Shown in pieces: positions 61,441 through 64,000 of a DNA stretch of 64,000 nt. Made by a program: the position numbers and the translations under genes. Below the pieces are notes generated by a model, which did no database searches, had not been told where the DNA came from, and saw nothing but the letters and a program-made list of their open reading frames with translations. This stretch comes from Rhynchopus sp. YZ270_cl-10 (taxonomy: Eukaryota). How positions within the stretch are numbered: position 1 is the stretch's first letter; each line of letters opens with the position of its first letter. The stretch is from the NCBI GenBank assembly GCA_964035575.1, contig OZ037846.1, forward strand, positions 372,001-436,000, in the 5' to 3' direction.

Positions 61441-63527
61441 CCTGTCGACGTAATAAATACGAAGACAGGGCGGCGGTGCCAACAATTTTCCAATGATGTA
61501 ACGTTTTATCTGATTGATTATCGTTTGATATACCTTGTGTGTGCTTCATGCACACCATGCAAGGAATATCGAACGGTATTTCAAGCGATATTCGTTATTT
61601 CGTTTGGCAAACGTACTACGATCGTACTACGATCGTAGTTGATCGTAGTACGATATTTTACGATCGTTACGATCGTTTTTTGGTACGATCGTAAACGATC
61701 GTACTACGATCGTAGGCAACCCGTGAAAAAAGGTACCCTAACATTTCGGTTTTTTTCGGTTTTCATTTCGTTTTTTTCGGTTTTTCTGGTACAAGGGGAA
61801 ATTTCCCTTTGCGAAAAAAAAAAAAAACGAAATGGACCGAATTACACCGAATTGGACCGAACAGTTAGGGTACCTCCAATAAGCAAGAATCGAAAACTTT
61901 TGTACACCTGAGTGCACTTTGGAGGCCCGTGAGAATCACCACCAAGTCACGGGTTTTCTGACTATCATTTGCTTATTCCCACCCAAAACACACTATGAAC
62001 CGGGTTTTCACTATTTTTTCGTATTTCAGGGAGAATTTTTGTGAATTTTCGGGTCACAGGGTGGTTCTGACCCATTCTCGGGGTGTTTCGGGCCTGTAGT
62101 TGCTCAGGAGATGCCCAAAAACGTGAAAAATCGCCTTTTTACGTTTTTAGTAGTATTTTAGTGTAAATTGGTAGGGAAATCGGTTTTATACGTGGCTGCT
62201 AACAGAGCTGCACTCATATAAGTTGGGTTCTACTAGGAATTTTTGCTCAATTTTTTTTTTCTTTGAACAAATTTTGTGCCAATCTTTCAAATAAAGCGTT
62301 AGATTTTTACACTGATAGCATGCTTCCCAGCACACATAAGATACTGGTTGTGCGCCCGAATTCGCCCGAATCTGCCCGAAATCGCCCGAATTCGCCCGAA
62401 ATGTGCCCGAATTCGCCCGAAATGCGCCCGAATTCGCCCGAATTACGTATAAATTCCCTTTAAAACGCCCGAAATATATTTCGGGCACATTTCGGGCGCT
62501 CGGGATCCGCGCCCGAAAAATCCGCCCGAATTCGCCCGAAATATATTTCGGGCGGTCCAAGTATGGTTATAGGTCAAAAATACTCATTTCTCAGCGCAAA
62601 GTGACCCCATCACAGCACGCACAGAATCCGGACCACCGAAATCAAAAAAAAAAATTTTCGATTTTTTGTGCAAAAAATGCTGTAAAAAATTTTTAGCAAG
62701 AAAAATGTACACAAAAACCGTATACTTTATTTCACAGATTTCCACGCTCAAAATGGGTTTCCGCGCCGTATACTTTATTACCCCCGTATACTTTATTAGC
62801 ACCGTATACTTTATTAGCCCCCCCCCAGTAGGTTTTTTTGAGATTTTTGGGGAAAAAAGTTTTTTTGAAAAAAAGTTTTTTTCAATTTTTTTGTGTTGGG
62901 GCTGTGTCAGGGTGTTTCCTAATTTGCTTCCGCTTCCGGTCTTTAGAAAAAAGTGCCAGGGAAAAAGTTTGCGGAAAAATTAGGGACGTGTTTAAAGTGC
63001 TTATTTTTTGGTATTTTCCCGAAAAAGGTATGTTGGGTACCGTGCGCCTGCGGCGCTGCCTGTTCCTACCAGTTTCTACAGGCAAACACTTGGCCCCCTT
63101 TACCTTACGCTGACGGGTTTTGACCACAAGCAAGAACTTGTCCATTTTGGCAAATTGACCCCACCACTGGCCGGACGGATTCCGAAAATGCAAATGCCGG
63201 TGTTTTCGGGCATTTTCATGTTTTCAGGATCAGGGAGAGAAAATCTGGGTTGTGGGATTTACCTGCCACCTTTACCTTACACTCATTTTGTCCAAAACCA
63301 AGAACTTGGCCATTTCGGCAAAGTGACCCCACCACGGCGCGGACGGATTCCGGAAATGCCAATCGCAGTATGTTTTGAGTCTGCAAACCCACTTTTTTTC
63401 CAGGGAAAAAAATTGCTTCCGGATGTCGGAATTTTCCGAAAAATTTCCAGAATTTGGAGACACCCTGGGCTGTGAGTTAACATTCTTCCCTCCCCTGCTC
63501 ATCTCCCGACCCTTGGAAATTTCCGTC

Positions 63528-63701
63528 TGTGTATACTGTGTATACTGTGTATACTGTGTATACTGTGTATACTGTGTATACTGTGTATACTGTGTATACT
63601 GTGTATACTGTGTATACTGTGTATACTGTGTATACTGTGTATACTGTGTATACTGTGTATACTGTGTATACTGTGTATACTGTGTATACTGTGTATACTG
63701 T
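63528..63701. repeat. (GTGTATACT)n microsatellite, about 19 copies
   Basis: Reverse complement of the 738-1135 array, followed by sequence matching 48145-48250. Confidence 0.95.
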
Positions 63702-64000
63702 GAGGAAATTGATCAAAAACGAGAACTTGTCCATTTCAGCAAATTGACCCCACCACTGGACGGACGGATTCCGAAAATGCAAATGCCGGCGTTAAAAGCT
63801 TCACCAGCACCACTGTACTGTGGTCTGGGTACTCATCCGGGGGAAAAAGTGCTCACCTGCTATTTTATACTTTAAGTGGTTCCATTTTGGGAAATATGAG
63901 AAAATAGTCAAAACCAGTGTCAACAGGAAAAAAAAAGAGAAAAAACCGACTCCGGAGGGTCAACTCCCGGGTTCAGCAAGCACATTTTGAAAAAAACTTT

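Larger units (their letters stand above)
55071..61725. mobile_element. CAC...GTG TIR element with ACGATCGT subterminal repeats, inserted in an A-run
   Basis: 23-bp TIR CACGGGTTGCCTACGATCGTAGT / ACTACGATCGTAGGCAACCCGTG. Flanks are poly-A, so TSD length is ambiguous. Confidence 0.75.
48918..61877. mobile_element. TIR element GGAGGTACCCTAA...TTAGGGTACCTCC with 3-bp TSD AAT (PIF/Harbinger-like?)
   Basis: 13-bp perfect TIR with AAT on both sides. A related empty site is on the minus strand at about 58745-58775 (aatctttca-AAT-aagcaaaaatcg). Confidence 0.65.
48686..62565. mobile_element. TIR element with 32-bp perfect TIR, 6-bp TSD (GTTATA) and GCCCGAA subterminal repeats
   Basis: CATACTTGGACCGCCCGAAATATATTTCGGGC at 48686 with its reverse complement ending at 62565. 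GTTATA at 48680-48685 and 62566-62571. The uninterrupted site is visible in the intact MITE at about 47705-47725. Confidence 0.85.
48407..62828. mobile_element. Second, inverted copy of the TA-MITE, split by a 13.9-kb nested insertion
   Basis: 48407-48685 and 62566-62828 together are the reverse complement of 47455-47989. TA flanks at 48405-48406 and 62829-62830. Confidence 0.85.

Overview
Eukaryotic, repeat-dominated window with no prokaryotic operons, rRNA, tRNA or CRISPR seen. Intronless host genes all lie on the minus strand and include an expanded TM-cyclase family, which suggests a euglenozoan such as a diplonemid (inference only). Layout: (1) 0-2.4 kb, microsatellites and transposon relics. 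(2) 2.4-22.6 kb, about 49.5 near-identical copies of a 408-bp satellite. (3) 23-39.6 kb, a secreted CAP/SCP-WD40 gene, three tandem multi-TM class III cyclase-like paralogs and one hypothetical gene. Between cyclase copies 1 and 2 sits a 5.6-kb element with hAT-type TIRs and an 8-bp TSD that carries no transposase. It instead holds an intact Penelope-like (Naiad/Chlamys-type, N-terminal GIY-YIG) reverse transcriptase ORF, followed by a hammerhead ribozyme core in a non-standard pseudoknotted strand order and a duplicated structured motif. (4) 40.3-46.5 kb, a TIR element encoding a MULE/SWIM transposase fused to SHOCT-, Josephin-like protease and SAP domains. (5) 47-64 kb, a nest of non-autonomous DNA transposons up to about 6 levels deep, resolved by TIRs, TSDs and in-window empty sites. 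All domain and RNA-fold calls were made by eye, without searches.
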